Source: an uncultured Eubacteriales bacterium
GTDB taxonomy: Bacteria > Bacillota > Clostridia > Oscillospirales > CAG-272
Direction: 5' to 3'
Assembly (NCBI GenBank): GCA_958414825.1
Contig: CATYXQ010000003.1
Coordinates: 3,689 to 67,688 of the forward strand
Length of the DNA stretch: 64,000 nucleotides
Both the position numbers and the translations under genes were made by a program. This document shows, piece after piece, positions 8,904 to 18,786 of this stretch. Positions within the stretch are counted from its first letter, which is position 1; each line of letters begins with the position of its first letter. Under the pieces are notes generated by a model that saw nothing but the letters and a program-made list of their open reading frames with translations, was not told the origin of the DNA and made no database searches.

Positions 8904-10157
8904 TCAGCCTCGGATAGCGCCGTCCGAAAACACAGCGTATTTTACAGTAGTCAGAGCCGAAAGCCCCATCGGTCCGCGCGCGTGCAGCTTCTGCGTAGAG
9001 ATGCCGATTTCCGCGCCGTAGCCAAATTCGCCGCCGTCCGTGAAGCGGGTGGACGTATTGACGTAGACGGCCGCCGCGTCCACGCGCTCGGTAAAGCGCG
9101 CCGCGGCCTCCCGGCTGCGGGTGACGATCGCCTCGCTGTGCTTCGTGCCGTATTGGTTGATGTGCGCAATCGCCTCGTCCACATTCTCTACCGCTTTGAC
9201 CGAGAGGATCAAATCGTTGTATTCCGCGGAAAGATCCGCTTCGGTTGCCAAAGCGGCCTCCGCAAAGCAGTCGATGCAGTTTGCGTCTGCGCGGATCTCC
9301 ACGCCGTGCGCGCGCAGATCCGCTTCAAGAAGCGGCAAAAAATCCTTTGCGACCGCGCGGTCGCAGAGCAGGCTCTCGGCTGCGTTGCAGACCGACGGCC
9401 GCTGAACTTTGGCGTTGAGAATAATTTTGCGCGCCATGTCAAAATCGGCGGTTTTCTCCACATACACATGGCAGTTGCCCGCGCCGGTTTCAATAACCGG
9501 CACGCGCGCGTTGTCCACAACGCGCTGGATAAGCCCCCGACCGCCGCGCGGAATCAGCACGTCGATATAGCCCCGGATGTCGAGCAGCGCGTCGGCACCC
9601 GCGCGCTCGGTGCGCTCGACAAAACAGACTCCGTCGCGCGGCAGGCCGCAGTCGGAAAGCGCCTCGCAAAGCAGATCGCGCAGCGCCATGCCGCTGTACA
9701 GCGCTTCTCTGCCGCCGCGAAGCAGCGCCGCGTTGCCCGTTTTAATACAGAGCGCCGCCGCGTCGAGCGTGACGTTCGGCCGCGCCTCGTAAATGACCGC
9801 AACTACGCCGAGCGGCACGGTCCGCTCGTGAATCTCGATTCCGCTCTCCCGCGTCCAGACCTTTTCGCCCGCAAGCGGGTCGGGCAGCGCAATCAGCGCA
9901 TCAAGCGCCGACGCCATGCCCTCAATCCGCGCGTCGTTTAACATCAGGCGGTCGAGCATCTGCGGCGCAACGCCGTTCTCCCTGGCCATCGAAAGATCGA
10001 CCGCGTTGGCTGTAAGCACAGTCTCTTTTTTCTCCCGCAGCAGCGCGGCCGCGCGCGCAAGCACGGCGCAGCGCTTTTCATGCGAGGCGCAGTTCATCTC
10101 GGGCGCGGCCGTTTTCGCGCGCCGTTCCAGTTCCAGAATATAATCGCGGATTTCCAT
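8904..10157 (-). CDS. proA: Glutamate-5-semialdehyde dehydrogenase (gamma-glutamyl phosphate reductase)
   Basis: 417 aa aldehyde-dehydrogenase fold with the typical ProA C-terminus ([32 protein letters not shown]). Directly downstream of proB. Confidence 0.9.
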   Translation of the reverse strand: [417 protein letters not shown]

Positions 10158-10160
10158 GAA

Positions 10161-10949
10161 TCAAACCTCTTTCGCATCAAAATATGTACCGCGCGCCGTT
10201 CCGTCCAGTACGCCGTACAGAATTTCCGGATCGGTGCCGTTGACGATCATCATGGGGACGCCCGCCTGATTGCAGATCTGCGCGGCGAGCAGCTTTGCCT
10301 GCATACCGCCCGTGCCGCGCGCGGTGCCCGCACCGCCGGCGGCCTCAACCATCTCGTCCGAAACCGCTTCCACATAGGGAATCAGCTTCGCGTACGGATT
10401 TTTGCGTGGATCGCTGTCAAAATAGCCGTCGATGTCGGTCAAATTGATAACGATGTCCGCATGGCAGACCACGCCGACATAGGCCGACAGACGGTCGTTT
10501 CCGCCAAATTCAAGCTCATAGCTGGAAACCGGGTCGTTTTCATTGATAATCGGGACGCACCCCATCCGCAAAAGCTCCTCAAACGTAGCCTCAGCGGCCG
10601 CGCGGCGCGTCGGACTGTCGATGACGTCCCGCGTCAGCAAAATCTGCGCGACCGTGTGACCGTACAGTGAGAAAAATTTCCCGTAAATCTTCATGAGTTC
10701 GTTTTGCCCGATGGCGGCGAGCGCCTGTTTTTCGCGTGTGCAGGTCGGACGGTGATAGCCGATTTTGGAAACGCCGGCGCTGACCGCGCCGCTCGAAACC
10801 AATATCACCTCGCAGCCCCCGTTTTTCAGATCGGACAAAACCCGCGCAAGCGTCTCTACCCGGCGCAGGTTCAGCCGCTCGGTATCGTGGGTGAGCGTGG
10901 ACGAACCGATCTTGACCACAATGCGCCTGATGTCCTTTTTCTCTTTCAT
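10161..10949 (-). CDS. proB: Glutamate 5-kinase (short form, no PUA domain)
   Basis: Track ORF runs to 11081, but the conserved start is MKEKKDIRRIVVKIGSSTLT (ATG at 10949). Amino-acid kinase fold with the motif VSSGAV. Confidence 0.85.
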   Translation of the reverse strand: MKEKKDIRRIVVKIGSSTLTHDTERLNLRRVETLARVLSDLKNGGCEVILVSSGAVSAGVSKIGYHRPTCTREKQALAAIGQNELMKIYGKFFSLYGHTVAQILLTRDVIDSPTRRAAAEATFEELLRMGCVPIINENDPVSSYELEFGGNDRLSAYVGVVCHADIVINLTDIDGYFDSDPRKNPYAKLIPYVEAVSDEMVEAAGGAGTARGTGGMQAKLLAAQICNQAGVPMMIVNGTDPEILYGVLDGTARGTYFDAKEV

Positions 10950-11145
10950 TTCCCGATTTTCTCCGCAAATAAAAATTTTTTCAATAAGGGCTTCAAATCC
11001 CTCTGTAAATATAGTATAATAATACAGGAATACAGTCAAAGCCGGACGAAAAGTTCCGCTTTGCCGAAGCAAAGCGCGCATACGGCTCTGCGCCGGACTT
11101 TCAGGCGGTCAAACCACCCCAATCTACAGCGTCCGTATTTGTATT

Positions 11146-11174
11146 ATTATAAAGCAAGCGGGCGCGTTTTGCAA
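11146..11174 (-). promoter_or_regulatory. sigmaA-type promoter for proBA-thiI operon
   Basis: Minus strand: TTGCAA (11174-11169), 17-nt spacer, TATAAT (11151-11146). About 190-nt leader to the proB ATG. Confidence 0.55.
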
Positions 11175-11201
11175 GTAGTAAAAAAGAAAAGGTGACGATA
11201 T

Positions 11202-11528
11202 ATGAAAGAAAAATTCACAATCACGCTGATGGACATGCCGGTCAGCATCGTAAGCGACGAGGGAGAGGATACCGTGCGGGCGCTTGCCGCCGTACTCAAC
11301 GAGCGGCTGCAGAGTCTGCTTTGGAAATCCAGACAGATCTCCAAAACCGAGGCGGCGCTTTTCTGCGCGCTCGACTATCTGGGTGAAGCGCAAAGCCTGA
11401 AAAAGCGTCTTGAGCGCGCGGAAGCGCAGCTTGAAGTCTACGCCGGAAACGCGGTGCGCCTGACGGAGGAAAACGAGCGGCTGTCCAAAAAAGTGGACGA
11501 GCTTGAAGCTCGGCAAAAACGCAAATGA
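11202..11528 (+). CDS. zapA: Cell division protein ZapA
   Basis: 108 aa. N-terminal beta region FTITLMDMPVSIVSDEGED followed by a long coiled coil, the ZapA pattern. Sits at the head of the division/elongation cluster. Confidence 0.65.
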   Translation: MKEKFTITLMDMPVSIVSDEGEDTVRALAAVLNERLQSLLWKSRQISKTEAALFCALDYLGEAQSLKKRLERAEAQLEVYAGNAVRLTEENERLSKKVDELEARQKRK

Positions 11529-13528
11529 CCCGCCTGCCCGAACTGCTTGCGCCTGCGGGCGGCTTCGCGGCGCTCCAGGCGGCTATTGAGGCGGGCGCGG
11601 ACGCGGTCTATTTCGGCGGCGAGCAATTCGGCGCGCGCGCGTTTGCGCAGAACTTTAGCCGCGGCGAGTTGCGCGACGCGGCAAAGCTCTGCCGCGCCTA
11701 TTCGGTCAAAAGCTATGTGACGCTGAACACGCTGATCTTCGACCGCGAATTTCCGGACATGCTACGTTACGCCGCGTTCCTTGAAGAAGCGGGGATCGAC
11801 GCGCTGATCGTCGCTGATCTCGGCGCCGCGTCCTGCATCCGGCGGCATATCCCGACCATGCGATTACATGCCTCCACCCAGTTTTCCGGCCACAACGCGC
11901 ACGCCGCGGAGATACTCGCCGAAAACGGATTTGAGCGCATGGTGGCGGCGCGCGAGCTTTCCTTTGAAAATCTTTCGCGCCTGTGCGCGGCCTCGCCGAT
12001 TGAAATTGAGGTATTTGCGCACGGCGCGCTCTGCGTCTGCCACAGCGGACAGTGCCTGTACAGCGCGATGCTCGGCGGCCGGAGCGGCAACCGCGGCATG
12101 TGCGCGCAGCCCTGCCGTCTGCCGGACGCGCGCGGGCGCTATCCGCTCAGCCTGCGCGACCTCGCGCTGGCCGAGCGCATTCCAAAGCTGATCGAAACAG
12201 GCGCGGCCTCGCTCAAAATCGAGGGGCGCATGAAGTCGCCCGAATATGTTTACGGCGTTACGAGCATTTACCGCCGCCTGCTCGACGAGCGGCGCGCGGC
12301 AAGTGCGGAGGAGATGCGCCGACTTTCCGAAATTTTCAGCCGCGGCGGCTTTACCTCAGGCTATTTTGACCGAAAGATCAATCGTTCCATGCTCGGTGTG
12401 CGCGCTGCGGAAGACAAACAGAAAAGCCGGTCGCAGACGCCCTTTTCAGGTCTTGAGCGCAAATGTCCGGTACGCATTTTTTGCACGTTTGCATCCGGAA
12501 AACCCTTTCGAGTCGCGGTAAGCGGCGAAAAGGGGGCTGCCGAAGCGTTCGGCCGCATACCCGAAGCGGCGAAAAGCGCGCCGCTGGATAAACAGGCGCT
12601 TGAAAAAAATCTTTTGAAGCTGGGCGGCACCCCCTATACGGCCAAATCAGCCGATATTGAATTTGAAGAGGGACTGATTCTGCGAATCGGCGAAATCAAC
12701 GCCGTTCGGCGGGAGGCGCTTGCGCGCTACGCCGCGCTCGGCGAGCGGGCGCATGTCGTTCAGGGCGATTTTTCCGGGCGCGCACGCGCGGAATTTGCCC
12801 CGCTTCTGCCCACTGCGCTTGTGATGCGCGCGAAAAATCTGCCCTCCGACCCAAAGTTTTACGAATACTTTGAAACCGTCTTTCTGCCGCTTGCCGAATT
12901 TTCACCCGCCCTTTTTCCGCGCGTGCGCGGCGTACAGCTGCCGGGCGTGGTTCCCGACGACGAGTATGCCGGGGTTCTTCAGGCGCTGCGCGCGGCGCGC
13001 GCGGCGGGCGCCGATTGGGCGCTTGTCGGCAACTACGGCCATCTTGCGCTGGCGAGAGAAGCCGGATTTCAAAAAATCTGCGGCGATTTCAGACTGAATA
13101 TTACAAACGGTTTTTCCGCCGATTTTGCAAAGGAAAACGGCTTTTCCTCGCTGATCCTGTCCCCGGAACTAAGCCTTGCGCAGGCGCGGGACGTCGGCGG
13201 GCGAAGCCGGATTATCGTATACGGCCGCGTGCCGCTGATGCTGCTTGAAAAATGCGTAGTCCGCGAGGTCGCGGACTGCGGCGTATGCGGCGCCGACCGT
13301 GCGGCGCTCACCGACCGGCGGGGCGTGCGCTTCCCGATTCTGCGCGAACCGCCGCACCGCAACATTCTGTTCAACAGCGTGCCGGTCTATATGGCGGACA
13401 AACCGGTCGCCTGCGGCGGACACTTCATTTTTTCCACGGAGAGCGCGAAGGAAACCCTTGAAGTTGTCCGCGCATACCGGGAAAAGCTGCCCCATTCGGG
13501 CAATATAAGGAGAATCAGAGAAAAATGA
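11525..13528 (+). CDS. Peptidase U32 family protein (PrtC/RlhA/TrhP-like)
   Basis: 667 aa. Typical U32 N-terminus PELLAPAGGFAALQAAIEAGADAVYFGG. Conserved Cys cluster region (GALCVCHSGQCLYS ... NRGMCAQPCR). ATGA overlap with the zapA stop. Confidence 0.8.
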   Translation: MTRLPELLAPAGGFAALQAAIEAGADAVYFGGEQFGARAFAQNFSRGELRDAAKLCRAYSVKSYVTLNTLIFDREFPDMLRYAAFLEEAGIDALIVADLGAASCIRRHIPTMRLHASTQFSGHNAHAAEILAENGFERMVAARELSFENLSRLCAASPIEIEVFAHGALCVCHSGQCLYSAMLGGRSGNRGMCAQPCRLPDARGRYPLSLRDLALAERIPKLIETGAASLKIEGRMKSPEYVYGVTSIYRRLLDERRAASAEEMRRLSEIFSRGGFTSGYFDRKINRSMLGVRAAEDKQKSRSQTPFSGLERKCPVRIFCTFASGKPFRVAVSGEKGAAEAFGRIPEAAKSAPLDKQALEKNLLKLGGTPYTAKSADIEFEEGLILRIGEINAVRREALARYAALGERAHVVQGDFSGRARAEFAPLLPTALVMRAKNLPSDPKFYEYFETVFLPLAEFSPALFPRVRGVQLPGVVPDDEYAGVLQALRAARAAGADWALVGNYGHLALAREAGFQKICGDFRLNITNGFSADFAKENGFSSLILSPELSLAQARDVGGRSRIIVYGRVPLMLLEKCVVREVADCGVCGADRAALTDRRGVRFPILREPPHRNILFNSVPVYMADKPVACGGHFIFSTESAKETLEVVRAYREKLPHSGNIRRIREK

Positions 13529-14139
13529 CCCCAAAACTGTATCTTGCCTCCAATTCGCCGCGCCGCCGAGAGATACTCGATCGGATGCGGCTGTCCTATA
13601 CAGTCTTTACCGCCGACGCGGACGAGCAGCTCGCAGACGATGTTCCGGAAGAACAGGCCTGCGAATTTCTCGCCGTGCGCAAGGCTATGGCCGCACGCGG
13701 CGGCCTCTGCGCCGCCGGAAGATTCGGCGATGACACGCTGCTGCTTGCGGCCGATACGCTGGTTTTCGCAGACGGACGGCCGCTCGGCAAGCCAAAAGAC
13801 GCGGACGAAGCCCTTCGTATGCTGCTTTCGCTGCGCGGCCGCGGACACACGGTGCGCACCGGCGTCTGCCTCCTGCGCGGCGCGCGCTCCTTTTCGACGA
13901 CCAACAGCGCGGTCGTGCGGATGCGCGATTTTTCAGAGGCGGAAGCCGCGGCCTATGTCCGCACGGGCGAACCGCTCGACAAGGCCGGCGCATACGGCGT
14001 CCAGGGCGTCGGATCGGTGCTCATTGAGCGGATCGAGGGCGATTTCTTTACAGTGATGGGTCTGCCGCCGAGCGGCGTGTACCGCCTGCTCGCGACGGCG
14101 GGAATTTCTTATTTCGACCGGATACAGGAGGGCGTATGA
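13525..14139 (+). CDS. maf: Maf-like nucleoside triphosphate pyrophosphatase (septum formation protein)
   Basis: 204 aa. LYLASNSPRRREIL N-terminal motif and C-terminal DKAGAYGVQG motif. ATGA overlaps at both ends. Confidence 0.85.
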   Translation: MTPKLYLASNSPRRREILDRMRLSYTVFTADADEQLADDVPEEQACEFLAVRKAMAARGGLCAAGRFGDDTLLLAADTLVFADGRPLGKPKDADEALRMLLSLRGRGHTVRTGVCLLRGARSFSTTNSAVVRMRDFSEAEAAAYVRTGEPLDKAGAYGVQGVGSVLIERIEGDFFTVMGLPPSGVYRLLATAGISYFDRIQEGV

Positions 14140-15170
14140 AACTTGGCGTATCGAAGTTCAGAGTCTCAAATAACATCGGCGTGGATCTCGGCACCTCCAA
14201 TACCCTGATCTGCCTTGCCGGACGCGGTATCGCGCTGCACGAACCCTCGGTGGCGGCGGTCAACAGCCGCACGATGGCGGCCGTGGAGGTGGGCGACGCG
14301 GCAAGCCTGATGGTGGGCAAAACCGCGGGCGAGCTTCAGGCCTTTCATCCAATCCGGGACGGCGTCATCGCCGACTACGACGTGGCGGTCGCCATGCTGC
14401 GGAAATTCATCCGCAAGGTCGCGGGGCCGATTTTGTTCAACCGCCCGAAAGTCGCCATGTGCGTCCCGCACGAGATCACCGGCGTTGACCGGCGCGCATT
14501 CGAGGACGCGGCTATGGAGTCGGGCGCGCGGAGCGTAACGCTGATCGAAAAGCCGGTCGCCGCCGCCATCGGCGCAGGCGTCAAAATCGGCGCGCCGCGC
14601 GGCAGCTTTATCATCGACATCGGCGGCGGAACAACCGAGGTCGCCTCGATCAGCCTCGGCGCGATTGTGACCTCCGGCTCCATCCGCATTGCGGGCAACC
14701 GGTTAGACGACGCCATTATGCTCTACATTAAGCGGCGCTACAATGTCTCCATCAGCCCGAAAACCGCCGAAGTGCTCAAACAGCGCATCGGATCGGTGCA
14801 CCCGCAGACCGACGCGGGTATGCTCGAAATCCGGGGCAAGAATCTCACAAGCGGTCTGCCCGTCACGCTGAACGTGACCTCCGGCGAGGTCCGCGAGGCT
14901 ATGAGCGACCAAATCGAACAGATCATCGACTGCGTGCGCGCGGTGCTGGAGAAAACGCCGCCTGAAATCTGCGCCGACATTTACGACCGGGGCGTGATTT
15001 TGACCGGCGGATGCGCCAATCTGCGCGGTCTGCCGATCTTGCTGTCCCAGATCACCGGCGTGCGGGTCACCGTGGCCGAAAAGCCGTTTCAAACTGTGGC
15101 GATCGGCCTCGGACGCTTTGTGGAACATCCGGAAAACTTTCCGTATTTGATGCAGTACCGCGCAAAATAA
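14136..15170 (+). CDS. mreB: Rod shape-determining protein MreB
   Basis: 344 aa actin-like ATPase. Motifs GVDLGTSNTLI and DIGGGTTEVA. Confidence 0.9.
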   Translation: MKLGVSKFRVSNNIGVDLGTSNTLICLAGRGIALHEPSVAAVNSRTMAAVEVGDAASLMVGKTAGELQAFHPIRDGVIADYDVAVAMLRKFIRKVAGPILFNRPKVAMCVPHEITGVDRRAFEDAAMESGARSVTLIEKPVAAAIGAGVKIGAPRGSFIIDIGGGTTEVASISLGAIVTSGSIRIAGNRLDDAIMLYIKRRYNVSISPKTAEVLKQRIGSVHPQTDAGMLEIRGKNLTSGLPVTLNVTSGEVREAMSDQIEQIIDCVRAVLEKTPPEICADIYDRGVILTGGCANLRGLPILLSQITGVRVTVAEKPFQTVAIGLGRFVEHPENFPYLMQYRAK

Positions 15171-15206
15171 CCGGGCGCTTCCGGAAAAACATGCAGGAGA
15201 AACGGA

Positions 15207-16061
15207 ATGGGTAATTTTTTCAGAAGCCGGGTTTTTGCGGCCATGCTGACCCTGTTTATCATTTTGGCCGGAATCCCGACGATCCTCTGTTCGATGGGAC
15301 AGGGGGATTTTGTCAAGGACACGCTGATGAGCGTTGTCACGCCCTTTATGCGGGGCGCTGCGTTTGTCGGGGAGTCGCTTCGCGGGTTCAGCGAATATTT
15401 TACCGAATTTGACCGCTTAAAGGCCGAAAACGAAGCGCTTGCCGAGCGGGTTTCCGAACTGGAGGAGCAGATTTACAACGCGCAGCTGCTGGAGGATGAA
15501 AACGAGTGGATGCGCGCCTACCTCGGCGTCAAGCGCGCGCACACCGATTTTGTGCTGTGCGACGCCGATCTGATCGGCAGCGATTCGGGCCGCTATATTT
15601 CCGCTTTCACGCTCGACCGCGGCACAAGTTCGGGGATCGCCGCCGGAATGCCGGTGATTACCGATGCGGGCGTGGTCGGCCGTGTAACCGAAGTCGGACT
15701 CACGTTTTGCCGAGTGTCCACCATTATCAATTACGACTCGTCTATAGGCGCGTACGTCGAGCGCAGCGGCGAGGTCGGCCTTGTATGCGGAGATTTCGAG
15801 CGGCGTTCGGACGGAACCTGCCTGCTCCGCTATCTACCCTTTGATGCGGACGTCGAGGTCGGCGACAAAATTTATTCAAGCGGACTCGGAAGCGTGTATC
15901 CGCGCGGCCTTTATATCGGCGAGGTTGCGGAAGTCACCGGCGACAGCTACGACCATACGAAAATCGCAGTCGTCCGCCCTGCCGCAGATCTCTCCTCGAT
16001 CTCGAGGGTAATGATCCTGACCGACTACACGGTCTATACGGAGGCGGGGCATGAGGATTAA
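15207..16061 (+). CDS. mreC: Rod shape-determining protein MreC
   Basis: 284 aa. N-terminal TM segment, coiled coil (ENEALAERVSELEEQI), C-terminal beta domains (GMPVITDAGVVGRV, GLYIGEV). Position after mreB. Confidence 0.8.
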   Translation: MGNFFRSRVFAAMLTLFIILAGIPTILCSMGQGDFVKDTLMSVVTPFMRGAAFVGESLRGFSEYFTEFDRLKAENEALAERVSELEEQIYNAQLLEDENEWMRAYLGVKRAHTDFVLCDADLIGSDSGRYISAFTLDRGTSSGIAAGMPVITDAGVVGRVTEVGLTFCRVSTIINYDSSIGAYVERSGEVGLVCGDFERRSDGTCLLRYLPFDADVEVGDKIYSSGLGSVYPRGLYIGEVAEVTGDSYDHTKIAVVRPAADLSSISRVMILTDYTVYTEAGHED

Positions 16062-16572
16062 CATCCGAAAGCAAACATTGGTCAAATCCCTCTGCTATTC
16101 GCTGCTCTTTTTCGCGCTGCTCCTGTTTTCCGAATCCTTTCTGCCCGCGCTCTGTCCAAGCTTTGCCGCGCCCTGGCTTCTGCCCGGCGCGCTGGCCGCG
16201 CTCGCGCTCTTTGAGGACGAACGCTACGCAGGGCTTTTTGCGGTTATCTTCGGCGTTCTTGAGGAATGTATGAGCCGGGGCGGCCGCACGGTGTTCCCGC
16301 TCCTCTATGTTTCGTTCGCCCTGCTTTGCGCCTATCTGTACTCACACGTTTTTGTGCGGAATTTTCTTTCCTGGTTTTGTTATACGACCGCCGGCCTTGC
16401 GCTCTGCGCCCTCGCCGAACTCTTTTATCTCGTCGCGCGCTGGGATTTACCGGCGCATATGCTCTTGCAGGAAGTGCTGCCTGTGTTTCTGACCTCGCTT
16501 CCCCTCTCCCTTTTGCTCTACCCGATTTTTTCCAAAATCAAAAAGAAGACCACCCGCGAGGGGTACGCATAA
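16051..16572 (+). CDS. mreD: Rod shape-determining protein MreD
   Basis: 173 aa polytopic membrane protein. Overlaps the mreC stop by 11 nt. Assigned mainly by position. Confidence 0.6.
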   Translation: MRINIRKQTLVKSLCYSLLFFALLLFSESFLPALCPSFAAPWLLPGALAALALFEDERYAGLFAVIFGVLEECMSRGGRTVFPLLYVSFALLCAYLYSHVFVRNFLSWFCYTTAGLALCALAELFYLVARWDLPAHMLLQEVLPVFLTSLPLSLLLYPIFSKIKKKTTREGYA

Positions 16573-16683
16573 AGCGCCGGGGTATGCGAGCCGCTTATCG
16601 AAGCGGAAAGCCGCATAGCCGCTGACTACCCGTGCGCAAGCCGTTTTTCCCATGTATTTTGCTTTGAAAGGAGGCGCTTTTCC

Positions 16684-18786
16684 ATGAAAAAACTGCACAC
16701 TACCCTGCGGATTACGATTCCCGGCGCGCTTTTTCTGGGAATCTGCGCCGCCTATCTGATTATCCTGATTAACATTCAAATCACCGGTCAGGACTACTAT
16801 ACGATCATCAAAGAGGAAACGCACACCCGCTATGTTTCCATTGAAGCGGCGCGCGGCGAAATCTATGACCGAAACGGCCTGCCGCTGGTCATCAACACCG
16901 AGGCGTACAACGTCAGCCTGGAATACGGCGCGATGCCGAAGAGCAAGGCCGACTTCAACGACGTGATTCTGCGCACGGTATCGGCCGTGCGGGAAAGCGG
17001 GGGCGAAGATTGCCTGACCGGACAGAATTTTCCGTTTACGGGCTTTTATCCCGACTATGCGCCAAACGAGGAATTTCTCAACGCCGGTTCCAACCGGACA
17101 AAATTTGAAGCGCTGCTCGCGCGGCTGGAACTGCCCGCCGACGTCGGCTGCACGGAACTGCTCGACTTTCTCAAATTCCGATACGGCCTCACCGATAAAG
17201 AGGGGAACGACTCCGGTCTGTACACCGCCGACGAAGCCGATCTTCTGCTGCGCATCCGCTACGACATGGAATACCTGCAATTCAGCCGGGTGCAGCCCTA
17301 TACGATAGCCGAGCGCGTAGACATTCGGACGCTCACCTATGTCAAGGAGCTTGCCATCGGACAGGTTCTCATTACCGAGGAAGCCGCGCGCACCTATGTA
17401 TACGACGGATACGCCTCGCACATTCTCGGCCGGATCGGCAAAATTCCGTCGGAGCGCGCGGAGGAATACGCGGCGCTCGGCTACAGCGGGGACGCATATG
17501 TCGGCATTTCGGGCGCGGAACAGGTGTATGAGGAATATCTGCGCGGTATCGACGGCATTTTGGCCATTGAAGAGGATCAATACGGCAACATCCTTTCCGA
17601 AACGGTCACCAAAGAGCCGGTTGCCGGAAAAGACGTTTACCTGACCATCGACATCAACCTGCAAATGACGGCGGAGAACGCGCTCTGCGACAACATTGCG
17701 CTGATCCGCGAAACGGCCGCGGCCAGCGGCGACGAACATAACGGCGAGGACGCAAACTCCGGCGCGGCCGTCGCCGTAGACCCGGACACGGGCGAGGTAC
17801 TGGCAATTGCCTCATATCCCACTTTTTCCCTGGCCAAATTCCAGGAGGAATATGCAAAAACCAGCAACGACCCGCTCCGTCCGCATTACAACCGCGCGCT
17901 CTTTGGCCTGTATGAACCCGGCTCCACCTTTAAGCCCGGCGTTGCGGCCGCCGCGCTCAACGAAGGCGTCATCTCTTCCAATACGGTTATCGTAGACCGC
18001 GGCGCATACGATTATTATGACACCTATCAGCCCCGCTGCTGGATTTATCTGCGCTTCGGCTACACGCACGGCCCGCAGAACGTCACCCAGGCGATTCAAA
18101 ATTCCTGCAACTATTTCTTTTACGAGGTCGGACGCCTGCTCGGCATCGAAAAAATGAACGAATACTGCCGCATGTACGGCCTCGGCGTGCCGACCGGCAT
18201 CGAATTCGGCGAATCGACCGGCACGCTTGCCGGACCCGAATACAGCGAAAGCATGGGCAAAATCTGGAATCCGGGAGACACGCTTCAGGCGGCGATTGGC
18301 CAGTCGGACAACACGTTTACGCCGCTGCAAATGGCCGTTTATACCGCTACCCTTGCAAACGGCGGCACGCGCTACCGCGCGCATATGCTGCACGAGGTTC
18401 ACAGCTTTCCGGACGGCGGAGTCGTCGCAAAGAGCGACCCCGAGGCGCTCTGTCAAATCGAATTTAAGGCGGGCGTGCTCGCCACCGTGAAAAACGCGAT
18501 GAAAAACGTGGTGGAAAACGGTTCGGCCGCGCGGATTTTCCGCAACTACGACCTGACGGTCGGCGGCAAAACCGGTACGGCGCAGGTCGGCTCCGACCGA
18601 AGCGACAACGCGACTTTTATCGGCTTTGCTCCATATGAGGAACCGAAAATAGCCGTTTCGGTCGTGATCGAACAGGGGGCGAACGGCACGGACGCCGCGT
18701 ACACCGCCAAAGCCATTTTTGACGCTTATATCAAGGGACAAACCTATGTTCCAATGGCAGACAGGGAGGAAAACCATGCAGAATAA
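16684..18786 (+). CDS. mrdA: Penicillin-binding protein 2 (class B transpeptidase)
   Basis: 700 aa. N-terminal TM segment. Transpeptidase motifs STFK (EPGSTFKP), SCN (IQNSCNY) and KTGT (GGKTGTAQV). Confidence 0.85.
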   Translation: MKKLHTTLRITIPGALFLGICAAYLIILINIQITGQDYYTIIKEETHTRYVSIEAARGEIYDRNGLPLVINTEAYNVSLEYGAMPKSKADFNDVILRTVSAVRESGGEDCLTGQNFPFTGFYPDYAPNEEFLNAGSNRTKFEALLARLELPADVGCTELLDFLKFRYGLTDKEGNDSGLYTADEADLLLRIRYDMEYLQFSRVQPYTIAERVDIRTLTYVKELAIGQVLITEEAARTYVYDGYASHILGRIGKIPSERAEEYAALGYSGDAYVGISGAEQVYEEYLRGIDGILAIEEDQYGNILSETVTKEPVAGKDVYLTIDINLQMTAENALCDNIALIRETAAASGDEHNGEDANSGAAVAVDPDTGEVLAIASYPTFSLAKFQEEYAKTSNDPLRPHYNRALFGLYEPGSTFKPGVAAAALNEGVISSNTVIVDRGAYDYYDTYQPRCWIYLRFGYTHGPQNVTQAIQNSCNYFFYEVGRLLGIEKMNEYCRMYGLGVPTGIEFGESTGTLAGPEYSESMGKIWNPGDTLQAAIGQSDNTFTPLQMAVYTATLANGGTRYRAHMLHEVHSFPDGGVVAKSDPEALCQIEFKAGVLATVKNAMKNVVENGSAARIFRNYDLTVGGKTGTAQVGSDRSDNATFIGFAPYEEPKIAVSVVIEQGANGTDAAYTAKAIFDAYIKGQTYVPMADREENHAE

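Noticed and set aside
11105-11130. T-box-like GGGGTGGT...ACCGCC string in the proB leader
   Set aside because: It lies at the 5' end of the roughly 190-nt leader, with no Stem I or specifier region before it and no terminator/antiterminator pair after it. The leader is too short for a T-box.
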